A model generated the notes under the pieces. That model ran no database searches and was not told the DNA's origin. It saw nothing but the letters and a program-made list of their open reading frames with translations. A program made the position numbers and the translations under genes. A stretch of 63,877 nt of DNA, filler included, from Aduncisulcus paluster (Eukaryota), in assembly GCA_024181965.1 (NCBI GenBank). It is 16 parts of 16 records of this genome, joined end to end, with 100 filler letters (N's around TTAATTAATTAA, not from the genome) between each part and the next. Parts side by side here need not be neighbours in the genome. Positions count along the whole stretch, not along the records: positions 59,537 to 61,675 come from BQXS01011755.1; positions 61,776 to 63,877 come from BQXS01011756.1; 14 more parts are not named here. One strand, 5' to 3'. Shown one piece after another: positions 59,537-63,877 of this stretch (position 1 is its first letter; each line of letters opens with the position of its first letter).

Positions 59537-61581
59537 AAGAAAGAGTTTGTTGGGGATATGATTGTTGAGGATGCTCATGAATGGGTTTTATGGTTCTTCT
59601 CCAACTTATGCTGTAATCCATCACATGCCCTTGAAGTCTATGATAATGTTAAAGATCTGCTTGATGGGTGGTTTACAGTTATAAACGAGAAAGAACATAA
59701 ATGGGGAACTATATACTGGTCCAGGCTCGTTTCCATGTTTTCAACTGTGCCATCTCTTGTTTCTTATATATCTCCCAAATATGATGCCAACATGGTATGG
59801 TGCAAGAATAATGGAGGTTGGGATGAAGATTATACAAGATATCTTGTTAATTGTTATCCTCCTCTGAAGAAATGGTCAGAAGGAGTTGCAACTATCATGA
59901 AATGCCCATTCAACTCACTTCATCTCAAACTTCTGTGATATCACTTTTCAAGTCATCTTCTCCTCGTCTTATGAATACTTTTGAGGATTGGAACAAAAAC
60001 CATTCTTTTTCAAACCCTATTGGAGATTTATCCTCTTCTCTTGCATCTGATAGAACTCTATTCACTCTCTGTTTCGAATGTTTATCCTCATTTGTTCAGC
60101 ATGAATGTGCTAGTTCATCTTCTGGCTTTGGTGATGATGATAGTGATCGTTCTATATTGACACTTGATGAATCCTCTCTCAAGGAATTGATTGAGACATT
60201 TTTGACTCCAATGATCCGAGTTGAAGCTGAATTGTGCAAGATGGATGCCGACGAAGGATCTGGTGAGAAGTATGTCATGAATTCAATTACAAAGTCATTG
60301 GTTCGAATTGTTTCAATTGCAGAACAGAAAGTCGAATCTTTTCAAACAAAACTGAGTCCTCAAATGTCTTCTGTTTGGTTAAGAATTATGAATGCTTTAG
60401 TGGATAAAATTAAGAAATGTCCTGACTCAGAATCCACTTCCAAACTCTACCATAAACATCGAGATAATATTCTTTCTGTCTTCCTTGCATTCCAATCGAA
60501 GAGTGAGATTGAAGAGCACAAGAGAGAGATTATTCTTTGTGCCCAGTGTTTAAGATGTTTTGTTTATCATGATATTTCTGGAAATCATATCTTTCTCCCT
60601 ATTCCTGATCTGAATGATCTCATTGACACTTTCATTGATCATCTATCAAGATGTGAGGAATTGTTGGAAGGAGATGTTGATGGAGAGTATTGTAGGATTT
60701 GTGTTAGTTATTCTTTCAAAGTTCAAGATAAATGGGATTCCTTCCTTCCAAAGATCTCCCCCACTCTCCAACGTATTCTTGAGAGAGGAAGCAAGGAGAA
60801 GTTGGGAGGTTATGTTGCTCTAGGTTTATTAATAACTCTCAGAAACATCTCTGAATCCCCTGCCTCTTCCACTCGATCCTCTATATTCTCCCTCATCAAA
60901 CCATATATAAGAGAGTGGTTGAGGATATACAATGATAGTGAGTGTTATGGAGAATGGATGTGTATTCTATCATTGATCACCCTCTCAAGTGATAATTCAA
61001 CCCCCAACAAATCCATGTGTTCTGAAGTTTGGTCTCTCTTCCACCCTGTTCTTGATGTTGTCAAGAGAGAGTTTGTTGAAGATAAGATTGTTGGGGATGA
61101 TCATAATAATAATCATGATATTGATTTTCTTTTGTTCTTTTTTTCCAACCTCTGTTGTGATCCATCACATGCGCTTCAAATCTTTGATAACATCAAGGAT
61201 CTTCTCGAAGGTTGGTTTAAAGCTATGAAATCCAAGAGAGCAGGATATGGAATTCCTATTTGGTGTAGACTCATTTCCATGCTCTCCACTGTTCCATCTA
61301 TTGTTCCTCAAATATATCCCAAATATGTTGAGGCCATGAAATGGTGCAATGAGAATGGAAGGGTTGAGGATTTATTGAGATTAAAGCTAATTGAAGCTGA
61401 CAATCCATTTCTTGATTTCATAAAAGTTGGACCCAAGGATGAAACAGAAAAAGAAATTGATGAGGAAGAGAAAGGAGAAAAAGAAGGAGAAAAAGAGTAT
61501 TGTACTATTTTTGATCACGATTATCAAAGATATGTTGACAATTGTAAATACAAAGAGGAGGAAGAAACAGAACACTGGTAG
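59537..61581 (+). CDS. Lineage-expanded helical-repeat family protein with an apparent frameshift near 59900 (possible pseudogene)
   Basis: Two overlapping ORFs (59558-59938 and 59851-61581) each carry the repeat FFSNLCC.PSHAL..YDN.KDLL.GWF...STVPS.V..I.PKY...M.WC. Confidence 0.65.
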
Positions 61582-61775
61582 GAATATGAATAATCTTACA
61601 AACTCTCAGAAGTAGACTTGTAGATATCTACTGGATATAGTTTACGAGTTAATGAGAATCAGCTGGATGTTCAACNNNNNNNNNNNNNNNNNNNNNNNNN
61701 NNNNNNNNNNNNNNNNNNNTTAATTAATTAANNNNNNNNNNNNNNNNNNNNNNNNNNNNNNNNNNNNNNNNNNNN

Positions 61776-63110
61776 CCAACCTGTGCGGAGTAAGAGTCCA
61801 TTGGTCCACAGTCTTTTACCCATTCCTTCAGATGGGAGACGAAATGCGTTTTGGACTTTCGCACGCTGTACGTCTCTGCGTCAGTACGTTTTGTTGCAGA
61901 AATGACACCGGCCTTCAGGCATAATGGAATAAATATTCGCCTGTGGCGGATTGCAAGGTTCAAAGCTTCATCAGCATACCTAGGGGTGCTGGCAGTAGCA
62001 AAAGCGAGGGAATACTCATCATTTAAAACACACATTAGTAAGAGGTGAGAGAATGAGAGGTTAGCACATGATGTGAGAGAGGATGTTGTTTCCTCTGGTA
62101 TCGTAAATTCCACTCGAGTATGGGTTGAGTTGACATCAGAGTAATCAGTTTCATCTTCGTATAGCCACTTATATGCTCCTGGCCACACCCGATAATCCAT
62201 ATCGTATAAACAAGCGGCTGCCACGATGCGTAGATCGGAACAATCACTGGCCTCTCGCTTTCCAGATCCGAGTTGAACTCTGCACGAGAAGAGTTTCAAT
62301 CTTTTGTTTATAATTAACTGCTGTCGAGGTGTCATAATAGCATCGAGAAGTTTGGCAGTGTCTAAACTAATCCCAAGGTCTTCTACGTGGAGCATGTCCG
62401 CTGAATGCAATCGTAAGGGTGAAAAGAGAAGACCTGCTTGTCTGTAACCCCACCACAAAGGTAATTGTGCCTTCATGTTTTGCCGAGAACGTCGACTAGT
62501 GACGATACTGCTGTATCTTCGCTTCTCTCCAATCCTGTCTGCCGACAATAACTCAATCCCGGTTAGATCACACCACGCACATGGATCATTTGAAGAGTGT
62601 TTGGTTCCTATGTTAGTGGTGACTTGTTTGCCATCAGCTATTATATGAAACAACGTCCCATAGAAGCGAATCGTTGTACCGTTAATAACGACATCAATCC
62701 CCTTTTGCAAAGCGACTGCATCAGTAACAAGTTCCGAAAGAAAGGCCGAAGTATCGATCTGTCCGTTCTCAGGGAGGACGGAGATTTCTTTCCAGGCAAA
62801 ATCCTTTGTTTTAAAGTCGTTCTCAACATTGGCCAGTGTCCATCTTATAGTAAGAGCGGTATGTCCAACTCTACATGTCATTACCCCATCCATGAATACT
62901 AAGATAGGTATAATAAATACAGGTGTGATATGGTGTTTCTCACATATTCTTATATAATCGAAGTAATCCGGATGAGTGAGTGGCTCCCAGTCTTTATCGA
63001 TACATGGAAATGGCTCTAAAGCAATCTGTTTTCTTGTGTGATCCCATATCTCATAGTATTTTCGATATGAGCAACAATGAGGGTCAGATTCATCATATTT
63101 GGGAAGAGTT
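61776..63110 (-). mobile_element. Plavaka/CMC(CACTA)-like DDE transposase fragment
   Basis: IPILVFMDG...WTLANV...LQKGIDV...LFHIIADG...PCAWC...ADMLHVEDLGI...KTHFVSHLKEWVKDCGPMDSYSAQ follows the Plavaka/En-Spm motif order (D...D, CxxC, D.LH, K.H...H....GP...YS). Higher GC than flanks. Confidence 0.7.
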
Positions 63111-63367
63111 ATATATGGTGAAAAGTGGCGGAATTTTTGAAAATTATGGAAAACAAAACTCGGTAATACGCAGAGTGTCCAAAGATTTTTGACCCCTTTA
63201 AAATAAATAATTATTATCATAATTATATAAATCTTTATATGGATATAATAAATACTAGCTTTATTTCTACGAATCAACAAAGATGACCTACTAAGATCAT
63301 CATTTGAAAATGACAAATAGGAGAATATAATTTAAGTTTTATCAAATAAATATACTATTTATTGGTT

Positions 63368-63877
63368 ATGGAATTACCAAATGAGTTTATTTTAGGAGTT
63401 ATGGGGCAGACATGGAAGAAAGAAACGATCGTGAAAACTCTTCAGGATCTTCACCCAACTCCCTCAATTCAGCAAATCCATAATCATATCAAAAATTCAT
63501 TTATTATTGATCAAAATAGAAAAATAATTTGTAAAATTTGTAAATCTAACCCTTTGTTTTATAATTTTCGCTCAGTTGCATCACATATCTCATCAGTTAA
63601 GCATTTTCACTTATTCAAGCATCAATTAAGTTTACATTCATTTCAAGGTAAACGGAGACATGCTGAAGAGATTATTGTTGGGAAAATGTTAAAGTATTCT
63701 ATGTCATTAAATCATATCAGCGACTTATTTGATGAAGAATCAACTGGAGCCATTCAGGCTGTTGGAAAACCATTTTTAATATCTCGTTCAACAGCATACG
63801 AACGAGGTAAGAAAATTTTACTGCAGGCTGAACCTATAAATTTGCTAAAATTGGTAGAACCACCAATTTCTATTATT
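63368..63877 (+). mobile_element. hAT/CGGBP-like transposase N-terminus (runs off the window; absent from the ORF track)
   Basis: Open frame from ATG 63368 (MELPNEFILGVMGQTW...) with zinc finger IICKICKSNPLFYNFRSVASHISSVKH, then KMLKYSMSLNHI...LISRSTAYER, ending ...PPISII where the first catalytic Asp would be expected. Confidence 0.55.

Noticed and set aside
1..63877. tRNA, rRNA, snRNA, CRISPR arrays, bacterial contamination
   Set aside because: None recognised by eye. The prokaryote-like genes lie on contigs with spliceosomal introns. A covariance-model scan could still find divergent RNAs.

Overview
Eukaryotic protist genomic DNA. It is not one locus: 16 short contigs/scaffolds are joined by 15 artificial 100-bp linkers (N44-TTAATTAATTAA-N44), and seven 20-N gaps are flanked by duplicated sequence (assembly artefacts). 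The DNA is gene-dense and AT-rich, uses the standard code, and has few short GTATGT...AG introns near gene 5' ends. The style suggests a free-living fornicate/metamonad (Aduncisulcus-like), which is inference only. Recognisable genes: Qc-SNARE, chromodomain protein, kinases, TCTP, RPL15, TM2-domain protein, RAD50, GPN1, RAB1, NAPRT and enolase, plus several lineage-expanded families. Most notable: (1) a YqeB homologue (prokaryotic selenium-dependent molybdenum hydroxylase system) on a contig that also carries an intron-containing gene; (2) an intron-containing type II membrane protein whose ectodomain resembles phage tail-fibre repeats with HxH motifs; (3) a divergent F-actin capping protein beta-like gene split into two oppositely oriented halves at a 21-bp inverted repeat; (4) a family with two tandem variable-loop domains plus a kinase, and relics of it; (5) a Plavaka/CMC-like transposase head-to-head with an unannotated hAT/CGGBP-like ORF; (6) a ~170-nt intergenic multi-hairpin element. 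All homology calls are by eye; no searches were run.
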